64,000 nucleotides of DNA from Clostridia bacterium (GCA_028279945.1 JANQMT010000006.1:26091-90090), one strand, 5' to 3'. Counted from the stretch's first letter, positions 1 to 8,460 are shown. Notes: generated by a model from the letters alone, not told the origin. Translations and numbers: made by a program.

Positions 1-1
1 T

Positions 2-331
2 ATTGGAATATCTAATCTATCTTTTTCTTTAATGGCAAAGCAAAAAGGTCTTGAAATTAATCCCACTGTGGAGGGGGCAATACTCCTTCCGCAAGTATTG
101 GTATTCAAAAAGAACAGTAACCCAAAGCTTACCAAAATTGCGGACTTGTTGATCAAGAAGGAGTTTCAGCGTTATTTGGGAGAACAGGGGTTTTGGCCGG
201 TCTATGATACTGCTCAAATAGATATATTACCTGACGGAGAGTGGAAAAAGGATTGGAAAGGCTGGAAGAGATTTTTAGAAGAGCTTCAAGAACTGGAAGC
301 TCATTCACAAAATCATTCAGACCATCAATAA
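2..331 (+). CDS. ABC transporter substrate-binding protein, C-terminal part (5' truncated by window edge)
   Basis: Frame is open from base 2 (IGISNLSFSLMAKQK...). The EGAILLPQVLVFKK...ADLL...EFQRYLGEQGFWP...W.GW ending resembles clostridial solute-binding protein C-termini. Confidence 0.6.
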   Translation: MGISNLSFSLMAKQKGLEINPTVEGAILLPQVLVFKKNSNPKLTKIADLLIKKEFQRYLGEQGFWPVYDTAQIDILPDGEWKKDWKGWKRFLEELQELEAHSQNHSDHQ

Positions 332-362
332 ATACAAATGCTTTTATGATTTCATTCTGATG

Positions 363-391
363 TTGACAAATGCAATTAAGCAGAATATAAT
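363..391 (+). promoter_or_regulatory. sigma-A (sigma70-type) promoter
   Basis: Perfect TTGACA (363-368), 17-bp spacer, TATAAT (386-391). Confidence 0.85.
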
Positions 392-484
392 TTAATTAAC
401 ATGACACTTAATCAAAATATTGCTTTGTGCTATCTTATAATATAAATAGTCATGACTGTTATGTTGATAAGGAGGGGAATGGTG

Positions 485-613
485 ATGAGTGAAAACAACC
501 AAACGTGTATGCACCCTGAATTAAGACCTGAGGATGGAAAATGCAGTGAAGAGCAAATTCAGAAATGTCACGGCAATAAAAATGAGCACCCATGTGATTC
601 GGAAGAAGAATAG
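485..613 (+). CDS. 42-aa Cys/His-rich small protein (not in ORF track)
   Basis: MSENNQTCMHPELRPEDGKCSEEQIQKCHGNKNEHPCDSEEE*. RBS AAGGAGGG at 469-476, consensus promoter upstream, terminator downstream. Confidence 0.8.
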   Translation: MSENNQTCMHPELRPEDGKCSEEQIQKCHGNKNEHPCDSEEE

Positions 614-624
614 AATAATAAACT

Positions 625-676
625 AAAACAAGCAGCTACCTTTTGCTTTAATCAATAGGTAACTGCTTGTTTTTTT
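625..676 (+). terminator. Rho-independent terminator
   Basis: AAAACAAGCAGCTACCT...AGGTAACTGCTTGTTTT stem followed by a T-run. Confidence 0.8.
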
Positions 677-693
677 ATATAATATCAATGCAT

Positions 694-721
694 TGTACAA
701 AATCTTGAACACTTTTGTACA
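694..721. promoter_or_regulatory. Putative enhancer (UAS) for a sigma54 activator
   Basis: Inverted repeat TGTACAAAA...TTTTGTACA about 85-110 bp upstream of the -24 element at 806. Confidence 0.5.
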
Positions 722-804
722 TATTTAAGATAGAGTATTTAATCAAAAAAAAGGGAAATGTGTATTTTTCAAGGTATTTTATTTAAAATTTTTTGTTAAA
801 TTTT

Positions 805-820
805 TGGCATACCCTTTGCA
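805..820 (+). promoter_or_regulatory. sigma54 (-24/-12) promoter of the moxR-VWA operon
   Basis: TGGCATACCCTTTGCA = GG-N10-GC, close to consensus TGGCACG-N4-TTGC. Confidence 0.8.
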
Positions 821-924
821 ACTCTAATTTTTAAAGGTATTATATAGGTGGTATACACATACCGCCATATTATGCAAAGATAAATCAATCAAGGTGGATG
901 TTAATATAGGAGGAAAGATAGCAT

Positions 925-1773
925 ATGATCAATAATATAGCAAAATTCAAAGGAAGTAATGAATATGTGGTAACAGACCAGCTCATGCATTCTGTTAATG
1001 TAGCCATAGCATTACAAAAACCATTACTGATAAAAGGTGAACCGGGAACAGGAAAAACCATGCTGGCAAAAGCCATATCAGATTCCCTTGATAAAGAACT
1101 TATCATATGGAATATCAAATCTACCACAAAAGCCCAAGATGGCCTTTACGTATACGATACGGTACAAAGACTGTACGACAGTCAATTTGAAACAGAAAAT
1201 GTTGCAGACATTAAGCAATATATCAAGTTAGGAAAGCTTGGAGAAGCCTTTACGTCTGAAAAACAAGTCGTATTGTTAATTGATGAAATTGACAAAGCTG
1301 ATTTAGAATTCCCAAATGATCTGCTTTGGGAATTGGATAAAATGGAATTCTATATTCCCGAAACCAAAGAACTTATTGGAGCAAAGGAAAGACCTATCGT
1401 TATCATTACTTCAAATGCAGAAAAGGAGTTGCCGGATGCATTCCTAAGACGCTGTATCTTTCATTATATAGAATTTCCGGATGAAGTAAAAATGGAAGAA
1501 ATCGTAAGGGTACACTATCCGGATATTCAAAGCAAGCTGCTCAATCAAGCTATGGAAACCTTCTACTGGATAAGAGGGCTGAAAGAAATACAAAAGAAAC
1601 CCAGTACATCAGAGCTTTTAGATTGGCTGCAGGCTTTAGTTGTGGGAGGCATTAGAATAGAACAAATCAAAAAAGAGATTCCTTTTATAGGGGTATTGCT
1701 TAAGAAAAATCAAGATATCGATGCTATGTTCGATATCAAAGATAAAGGTTATACCATGAAAAGATGGGGATAA
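925..1773 (+). CDS. MoxR-family AAA+ ATPase (CoxD-like)
   Basis: Walker A GEPGTGKT, Walker B LLIDEIDKAD, EFPNDLL, ITSNAEKELPDAFLRRC. Confidence 0.92.
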   Translation: MINNIAKFKGSNEYVVTDQLMHSVNVAIALQKPLLIKGEPGTGKTMLAKAISDSLDKELIIWNIKSTTKAQDGLYVYDTVQRLYDSQFETENVADIKQYIKLGKLGEAFTSEKQVVLLIDEIDKADLEFPNDLLWELDKMEFYIPETKELIGAKERPIVIITSNAEKELPDAFLRRCIFHYIEFPDEVKMEEIVRVHYPDIQSKLLNQAMETFYWIRGLKEIQKKPSTSELLDWLQALVVGGIRIEQIKKEIPFIGVLLKKNQDIDAMFDIKDKGYTMKRWG

Positions 1774-1777
1774 ATCA

Positions 1778-2974
1778 ATGTTTACGACTTTTTTTTATTT
1801 GTTAAGAGATAAAGGCCTGGATGTATCCTTAAATGAATGGCTTTCACTGATTCAGGCTCTTGATCAAGGGTTGTGCGGTTCTAGTCTGCTGGATTTTTAC
1901 CATCTTTGCAGAAGCATCTTAGTTAAAAGCGAAGCGGACTATGACAAATTTGATCTGGCCTTTGCTCAATACTTTGAAGGCATTCATACACCGGAAGACT
2001 TACCGGATCAGGTATGGAAATGGCTGGATAAAGAGATTAAAAAAGTAGACCACCTTGAAGCTCAAGATATGGAGTTCCAAAAACATAGCTTAGAAGAACT
2101 CCAGGAGATGTTGAAACAGCGTCTCTGTGAGCAAAAAGAAGAACATAATGGAGGCAATTACTGGATAGGAACAGGAGGAACCTCTGTATTGGGTCATTCC
2201 GGATATAACCCGGCAGGCATTAGAATAGGCGGAGAATCACAACATAAATCTGCGGTTCAAGTTGCAGGCGAAAGAAAGTTTAAAGATTTTAGAGAAGATA
2301 CAACACTGGAAATTCGCCATTTTCAAATGGCCTTTCGAAAACTAAGACAGTTCTCAAGCCGTTTAGATGGGCCTAAGACGGAGCTGGATTTAGATGAAAG
2401 CATTAAAGAAACCTGTGACAATGCAGGGCATTTAAAATTGGTTTGGGATAGACCAAGACAAAATACCGTAAAGTTATTGTTGTTGTTCGATTCGGACGGT
2501 TCTATGATGCCTTATATGAATCTTTGTAACCGCTTGTTTCAAGCAGTCAACAAATCCAACCATTTCAACGATTTAAAAGTTTTTTATTTTCATAACTGTA
2601 TTTATGAGCATCTCTATACGGACCCTTATTGCACAAGGGGCAGATGGATAGATACGGAATGGGTTTTTAATAACTTAGGCAGCGACTATAAAGTGATTCT
2701 TATCGGGGATGCTGCAATGGCACCTTCTGAGCTAATGAGCAGAGGCGGCAATGCATACGTAGGATTATTCAATGATGTTCCCGGAATAGAATGGCTTAAA
2801 AGAATCCGAGATCGTTATAAGCACAGCGTATGGTACAATCCCATCCCAGAATATGATTGGCCTTATGCCTATGGAAATTTTACCATAGAAGAAGTAGGAG
2901 ATATATTCCCAATGTATGACCTGACATTAAGCGGATTAGAAGCAGGGATTAAGAAACTGCTTGTACGTAAATAA
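1778..2974 (+). CDS. VWA domain protein (CoxE-like), partner of MoxR
   Basis: MIDAS-like DSDGSM, WIGTGGTS, YFHNC, IGDAAMAPSEL; lies directly after moxR. Confidence 0.88.
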   Translation: MFTTFFYLLRDKGLDVSLNEWLSLIQALDQGLCGSSLLDFYHLCRSILVKSEADYDKFDLAFAQYFEGIHTPEDLPDQVWKWLDKEIKKVDHLEAQDMEFQKHSLEELQEMLKQRLCEQKEEHNGGNYWIGTGGTSVLGHSGYNPAGIRIGGESQHKSAVQVAGERKFKDFREDTTLEIRHFQMAFRKLRQFSSRLDGPKTELDLDESIKETCDNAGHLKLVWDRPRQNTVKLLLLFDSDGSMMPYMNLCNRLFQAVNKSNHFNDLKVFYFHNCIYEHLYTDPYCTRGRWIDTEWVFNNLGSDYKVILIGDAAMAPSELMSRGGNAYVGLFNDVPGIEWLKRIRDRYKHSVWYNPIPEYDWPYAYGNFTIEEVGDIFPMYDLTLSGLEAGIKKLLVRK

Positions 2975-3039
2975 ATTTAAAGATTTAAGATATTAAATTG
3001 AAGGAAGGTTATGCTAAAGCAAAATCTTCTTTCAATTTT

Positions 3040-3119
3040 GTAGGGTTGGGTCCCCGTGCCCAACCAAATCCCAATGGCCTCACATACAATGAGAGAGCGA
3101 CCACAGAGAGTACTCCTAC
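3040..3119. repeat. GTAG-family REP doublet between convergent genes
   Basis: GTAG-GGTTGGG-TCCCCGTG-CCCAACC at 3040-3065, plus an inverted degenerate copy ending CTCCTAC at 3119. A near-identical copy lies at 45139-45164. Confidence 0.7.
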
Positions 3120-3134
3120 ATTTATATACATATA

Positions 3135-4517
3135 TCAAGTAATGGAATACTTCTCCATCTTCCTCTTCAAAGTAAACCTACTAATCCCTAAAATTGCAGA
3201 TGCCTTTGTCTGATTCCAATCCATCTTCTCTAAAGCCTCCAAAATATATTGTCTTTCTATACACTGCATTTTATCCTCTAACGACAGCTGATCACATTCT
3301 GAAACATTTTGATTTAAATTTTCTTGTACAGCCACCATACGTAACTTATAATTTTGAATCTCAATAGGCAAATGATGGGTCTTAATATGATCATCATCAA
3401 TTAAGATCACAATTCTTTCAATGACATTTCTTAATTCCCTAATATTACCCGGCCAATTATAATTTAACAACTTGAATTTTACCTCTGAATCATAACCTAT
3501 AATTTTCTTTTTGAATTTTTTATTAAACCTATCTAAAAAATACTGTGTGATCAGTAATATATCAGTGCCTCTTTCACGTAGAGGAGGCAGGTCAATAGGA
3601 ACGACATTGATGCGATAATATAGGTCTTCTCTGAACTCCTTATTTTTTACCGCTTCTTCTAAATTTTTATTGGTAGCTGCAATGATTCGAATGTCAACTT
3701 GAATATCTTCTAATCCACCAATTCTTCTAAACTTTCTTTCCTCTAGGAAACGAAGTAATTTCGTTTGAATATCCAATGGCAGTTCACCCAATTCATCTAA
3801 AAAAACGGTACCCCCATCAGCTATTTCAAAAAGTCCTTTCTTTTGAGAAACAGCACCGGTGAAAGCATTTCTTTCAAATCCAAACAACTCACTTTCTACC
3901 AAGTGATGCGGTATGGCACTGCAATTAATTCTGACCATGGGTGATGACTTGCGAGGGCTGTTATTATGCAGTGCTTCAGCAATCAATTCTTTTCCGGTAC
4001 CCGTTTCACCTCTAATGAGAATGGTAACATCATCATTTTGGGATAGGGGTTTGATTTTCTTTAAGATTGTATTCATCTTTTCACAATGACCAATAAGATT
4101 TTCTCCTGAATGCTGCTTTTCTTTTTCTAATAAATAAATCTTATTTTTCAGCTTAAAATTCTCAAAAGCTCTAGCAATAACAATCCTAATTTGCTCTAAT
4201 TCAAAAGGCTTGTTGATGTAATCATAAGCCCCTTTCTTTATGGCTAAAACAGCACTTTGGATATCGCTGTAAGCGGTCATAACAATGACTTCTATTTCTT
4301 TATCCAGCTTTTTGATATCATCAATCAAATCAATACCATTTTCATCCCCCAGCTTCATATCTGTCAAGACAATATGGGGGTTAAAATTTTGTACTAAGCG
4401 CAATGCTTCAGTACCTGATTCAGCGGTACAGACATGGTAGCCAAAGTCACTTAACCCTGCATCCAGTGATTTGCATATCATTTTTTCATCGTCAATAACT
4501 AAAACTCTAACCTTCAT
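3135..4517 (-). CDS. sigma54-dependent response regulator (NtrC/AtoC family)
   Basis: REC domain (IDDE...D...K), GETGTGKE, GAFTGA-like NAFTGA, DELGE, WPGNIREL, C-terminal Fis HTH. Confidence 0.95.
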   Translation of the reverse strand: MKVRVLVIDDEKMICKSLDAGLSDFGYHVCTAESGTEALRLVQNFNPHIVLTDMKLGDENGIDLIDDIKKLDKEIEVIVMTAYSDIQSAVLAIKKGAYDYINKPFELEQIRIVIARAFENFKLKNKIYLLEKEKQHSGENLIGHCEKMNTILKKIKPLSQNDDVTILIRGETGTGKELIAEALHNNSPRKSSPMVRINCSAIPHHLVESELFGFERNAFTGAVSQKKGLFEIADGGTVFLDELGELPLDIQTKLLRFLEERKFRRIGGLEDIQVDIRIIAATNKNLEEAVKNKEFREDLYYRINVVPIDLPPLRERGTDILLITQYFLDRFNKKFKKKIIGYDSEVKFKLLNYNWPGNIRELRNVIERIVILIDDDHIKTHHLPIEIQNYKLRMVAVQENLNQNVSECDQLSLEDKMQCIERQYILEALEKMDWNQTKASAILGISRFTLKRKMEKYSIT

Positions 4518-6249
4518 GGTGCTCCTCCGTATAGATGGGAAAAAGAATTCTCAACTTTGTTCCAACATCTTTAATGCTTTCTATCTCTATTTTTCCATTA
4601 TTTTCTTCAATTAAACTGGATACGACAGACAGCCCTAAGCCTGTACCCTTTGATTTTGTTGTGAAGAATGGATCAAATACTTTTTCGACAATTTCAGGCT
4701 CAATACCAATACCATTATCTGTAAAAGCAGTGGATACAAACGGAACATTGTCCAGTACGGTATATTTCATTTCAATATCAAGCCTGCCGTTTTCCATCAT
4801 GGCATCGGTGGCATTAGTGATGATATTAATAAATATTTGCTCGACTTGATCTTTGTCTACCAATACAAAGAAAGGGGTATCAGCAGCCTTCATTTTCACA
4901 CTTATTTTTTTCTGATGCATCCCTTTATGAGTTAAATCCAAAGCTTTTTTTAAGATATCCATGATGCTGGTCACTTCATAATTGGTTTGTTTTGGTTTAG
5001 AAAAATCCAAAAGCTCAGTAATGAGATGGTTGATTCTATCGATTTCATATGTGATACCATTGACTAACCCAATACTAGAGGTATCCTTACTGGTATTCAT
5101 CCGATTTTTGATTACCTGAATACTTGTTTTGATCCCTGTGAGAGGATTACGTATCTCGTGGGCTAGTCCTGCGGCAAAGTTGCCCACAGAGGCCAGACGA
5201 TCCACTCTTACGATATTATTTTCCAAGGTCTTTCTTCTGGTAATATCATTAAAACTGCATATGGCACCTTTAATCTGGTGATCCGTTTTTAATAAGGAAG
5301 TACTGACATCCAAGTAAATGGTTTTGCCGCCATTTGAAGCCAGCTTTATAGCAATAACAGTATTGATATTTTTATCTTCTTTTATGGTTTGAAGTATTTG
5401 GTCATTTAGCGGCTTATAAATATCATCATAGTTATAGTATTCAAATATCTTTTTGTCGGTATGATTAACAGAGACAACGCCGGCATTTTTATCAGTGGTC
5501 ATAATACCTATATAAACATTTTCTAATATGTCTTCATTAAACTTTTTCATGTAAATGAGCTCGTCTGTACTGGCATTTAACTGGTCAATCATACGATTAA
5601 ACGCGTTGGCCAATACACCTATTTCATCACTTCTATTAATCTTAATCTTTTCTAGATTGTTAATTTCAATGGTTTCACAAACTTCAGCAAACTTTTTAAT
5701 AGGCTTAGAAATACTGTGCGCAATAAAAACAATCGCCTGCATGGCGATAACCAAAAAGATAATGGCCATAAGCAGAATGTATTTTTGTATATCCAGCAAT
5801 TCATCTAAGAAATAAGTTTTATCAATGCCCAGAATAATAGTCCAACCCCACGGCTCATATGAATCAAAATAGAAGGTCATATGATCATTTTCAAGAGTTT
5901 GAAGATTGGCATCAATTTTAGGTATTAAGCTTTCATCATCCTCATTAAAATGATTCATGATAAAAGTTTCATTTTCAATTACAGCCATATTTTCTTTATT
6001 GACCTTGTTAAAATATTGAATAGCCTTCTCTTTGCCTTCATCTATCGTCATATATTTATTTCCAATATCCTCATCAACCATTTCTATATAAGTCATGATT
6101 TCTGTAAAGGAAGCTTTTAAGTTTTTGGTTTTATGGTTCATAAGAAGTTGATAGCCGTTTAAATAGGATACAATTCCAAGGATGGTTATAGGCAGTATGG
6201 TCAATATCATAAACGGGATTAATATTTTGTTTTCAATATCCAACTTCAT
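4507..6249 (-). CDS. Sensor histidine kinase (2 TM, extracellular Cache-like, HAMP, PAS-like, HisKA, HATPase)
   Basis: H-box AHEIRNPL, N-box NIITNA, DNGIG, FDPFFTTK, GTGLGL; HAMP DEIGVLANAFN. Confidence 0.95.
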   Translation of the reverse strand: MKLDIENKILIPFMILTILPITILGIVSYLNGYQLLMNHKTKNLKASFTEIMTYIEMVDEDIGNKYMTIDEGKEKAIQYFNKVNKENMAVIENETFIMNHFNEDDESLIPKIDANLQTLENDHMTFYFDSYEPWGWTIILGIDKTYFLDELLDIQKYILLMAIIFLVIAMQAIVFIAHSISKPIKKFAEVCETIEINNLEKIKINRSDEIGVLANAFNRMIDQLNASTDELIYMKKFNEDILENVYIGIMTTDKNAGVVSVNHTDKKIFEYYNYDDIYKPLNDQILQTIKEDKNINTVIAIKLASNGGKTIYLDVSTSLLKTDHQIKGAICSFNDITRRKTLENNIVRVDRLASVGNFAAGLAHEIRNPLTGIKTSIQVIKNRMNTSKDTSSIGLVNGITYEIDRINHLITELLDFSKPKQTNYEVTSIMDILKKALDLTHKGMHQKKISVKMKAADTPFFVLVDKDQVEQIFINIITNATDAMMENGRLDIEMKYTVLDNVPFVSTAFTDNGIGIEPEIVEKVFDPFFTTKSKGTGLGLSVVSSLIEENNGKIEIESIKDVGTKLRILFPIYTEEHHEG

Positions 6250-7712
6250 CTTGCATCACCTAGTCTTTTATATGTGTGTGAACTTATGACATAAAACAAT
6301 ATAAATGCAACAATCAAACTGGGGAATACAGGATGAATCAAAGATTTATTAAAGGGACTGTTTATGTCAATAAAATAAAATATGAATAAGGCGATTATAC
6401 CGCCAATAGACGATAATACAGCCCCTTCTTTTGTAGCCTTTTTCCAATACAATCCTCCGTAAAGAGGAAACAAGAAAGATACTGCGAAAACACTCCAAAC
6501 ATAGCTGCCATAAATCAATAAAGTTTCCGGTGGATTAATGGACATCAACAACGAAATGGTCCCTGATATGAATATAATCACTCTGTTTAAGTTCAGGAAT
6601 CCATCATCATTCATATCTTTATTAAAAATATTTTTATAAATATCATAGCTAAAGCTGCTGGCCAATATCAATAATTGAGAATTAGCTGTAGAGATAGCTG
6701 CAGCCATAATACTGATAAAAATAAAACCACTTACTTTGGAGTATATCCGACTGTCAATAATGTACGGTAGTACTTGGTCAACGGAATGAATAGAGCTGAT
6801 GGAAGGTTCTAAAACTCTTGAACCGATACCAATAATGATTAACCCTAGATACAACAGGCCTAAAGCAAAGGCTGAAATGCATATCATCTGTATACCTGTT
6901 TTTTTACTTTTAGCAGATGATATACGAATAATATACTGAGGGTTTGCAGCAGTACCTAAACCCCATGCAAGGCTGGTTGTCATAATCATTAATGGACTAA
7001 ACAGATGATTAGCAGAGGGGTCTAAGAGTGCACCTTTTGTAATAGAGGGCTGAAATTTGGGCAAAGATTCTATAACAGCAGCCCGTTCGTGCATCAAAGT
7101 AATGCTCCCAATATCCTTAACAATATATACAGCGGTAATCAAAATACCGATTGCTACCAGCATAAAGTTAAGCTCATCTGTTTTGGAAACAGAAAACAAC
7201 CCGCCAAAGCTTGTATAGACCACAAATAAGTATATTAAAAAAATAGCAATGCTGTAATCAATATCTAATAGCTCAGATACCACAATGCCAAAGCCTTTAA
7301 TTTGAATAATAATATACAAGATGTAACATATAAAAATCGTCAAACCGGTTAAAGCTTGATAGTATTTGCTGTCATAGCGTAATCTAAAATATTCCGGAAT
7401 GGTGACAATATCATAGGATTTGATTTTATAAGCGATAAAGACTAAGCAAGAGGCACCTAATAACCATCCAACCACAGAGTATAAGATTGTCGAATAACCA
7501 AAAGCATAAACAGAACCGGTTACGCTTTGCATGGATACCGCACTAAACCATGTAACCGTAAAAGTACAAACACTGGGCAAAAGACCAAGGCTGTTACCCG
7601 CAACGCAGAAATCTTTAATGTTGTTGGTTTTTTTCATGCCGTTTTTACCTAGCAATAAAAGAATGATGGTGTAAAAAGTAAAGTACAGCATATAAATGAT
7701 GACTCTATTCAT
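6246..7712 (-). CDS. Sodium:solute symporter (SSS/SLC5) family protein
   Basis: Many TM helices; DFCVAGNSLG, TIPEYFRLRY, YTSFGG, AAAISTANSQLL, GLYWKKATKEGA. Stop overlaps the kinase start (ATGA). Confidence 0.9.
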   Translation of the reverse strand: MNRVIIYMLYFTFYTIILLLLGKNGMKKTNNIKDFCVAGNSLGLLPSVCTFTVTWFSAVSMQSVTGSVYAFGYSTILYSVVGWLLGASCLVFIAYKIKSYDIVTIPEYFRLRYDSKYYQALTGLTIFICYILYIIIQIKGFGIVVSELLDIDYSIAIFLIYLFVVYTSFGGLFSVSKTDELNFMLVAIGILITAVYIVKDIGSITLMHERAAVIESLPKFQPSITKGALLDPSANHLFSPLMIMTTSLAWGLGTAANPQYIIRISSAKSKKTGIQMICISAFALGLLYLGLIIIGIGSRVLEPSISSIHSVDQVLPYIIDSRIYSKVSGFIFISIMAAAISTANSQLLILASSFSYDIYKNIFNKDMNDDGFLNLNRVIIFISGTISLLMSINPPETLLIYGSYVWSVFAVSFLFPLYGGLYWKKATKEGAVLSSIGGIIALFIFYFIDINSPFNKSLIHPVFPSLIVAFILFYVISSHTYKRLGDAR

Positions 7713-7839
7713 TGTCTTTCTCCTTTTTGTTTAATATTAGGGCTATAATGGTAGGAAGACAAACGGCAAAAACAAACAAACCACCCACTATGATGAAAGT
7801 ATCCAAAGGAAGTCCCATAATTAAGATTTCTTCTTTCAT
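7705..7839 (-). CDS. 44-aa single-TM symporter accessory peptide (not in ORF track)
   Basis: MKEEILIMGLPLDTFIIVGGLFVFAVCLPTIIALILNKKEKDNE*. Hydrophobic helix plus charged tail; stop overlaps the SSS start. Confidence 0.75.
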   Translation of the reverse strand: MKEEILIMGLPLDTFIIVGGLFVFAVCLPTIIALILNKKEKDNE

Positions 7840-7872
7840 AAACACCGTTCCTTATTTTTATAAAATCAAACA

Positions 7873-7895
7873 GTAGGGGCGTATCGCACACACCC
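7873..7895 (+). repeat. Degenerate GTAG-family REP
   Basis: GTAGGGGCGTATCGCACACACCC: GTAG tail plus imperfect palindrome. Confidence 0.5.
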
Positions 7896-7998
7896 GAAAT
7901 TAATAAATATAATACCATTTCAATACTACTCCAATATTCTACATTTTCAAAGCATTTCCTTTAATTTTTTTCAAATAAAGGTTGAAAAATGAAGCTTT

Positions 7999-8056
7999 TG
8001 AGCGATTTTGAACAGTTGTATCAAAATCGCACACTTTAACTGTTCGATATTGCACC
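7999..8056. promoter_or_regulatory. Putative sigma54-activator binding sites (UAS)
   Basis: TGAGCGATTTTGAACA (7999-8014), its near-inverse TGTATCAAAATCGCACA (8017-8033) and TGTTCGATATTGCACC (8041-8056), 60-120 bp upstream of the -24 box. Confidence 0.6.
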
Positions 8057-8115
8057 AAATAAAAAACCAATCAACAAAAACATAATAAAATCAATGCTTT
8101 AGTATTGGTCTAAAC

Positions 8116-8131
8116 TGGTATTATTATTGCA
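8116..8131 (+). promoter_or_regulatory. sigma54 (-24/-12) promoter
   Basis: TGGTATTATTATTGCA = GG-N10-GC. Confidence 0.7.
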
Positions 8132-8141
8132 AATAGAAATT

Positions 8142-8246
8142 GCAAGTATCAAAAAGAACACTCATTGTGGCAAACAATGGTGCTCTAATTCAAATTTCCG
8201 TTACATTTCCAAGGGCTTCTTAACTTGATTAGGAAGCCATCTTTTT
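8142..8246 (+). ncRNA. Candidate sigma54-dependent small RNA (or terminated leader)
   Basis: Starts at the expected +1 of the sigma54 promoter. 5' hairpin AGAACACTCATTGT-GGCAA-ACAATGGTGCTCT, single-stranded TTTCC-rich linker, terminator GGCTTCTTAA-CTTGA-TTAGGAAGCC-ATCTTTTT. No ORF with an RBS. Confidence 0.5.
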
Positions 8247-8460
8247 GCTGGAACAACTCGCATACGCCTCAAACATATTATGCACTCCTATCCCAAAATA
8301 GTTTTCGAGGCACTGTTAGACTAAACTCCAATTTCTCTCTAAAAATAGCAAAAAAAAAGAAAATATCTGGCAAATACTTGTTTATTTTATTATATCCATA
8401 TAGTATAATTGAAAGGAAATACAAATTCGAGGCGTTCTATATAAAGGGGGATGTACAAGC

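Noticed and set aside
2998-3213. 71-aa ORF after the VWA gene
   Set aside because: It is read through REP palindromes and overlaps the convergent regulator gene.
7709-7918. 69-aa ORF from the track upstream of the SSS gene
   Set aside because: It runs through a REP and has no convincing RBS. The alternative frame 7705-7839 gives a clean TM peptide.
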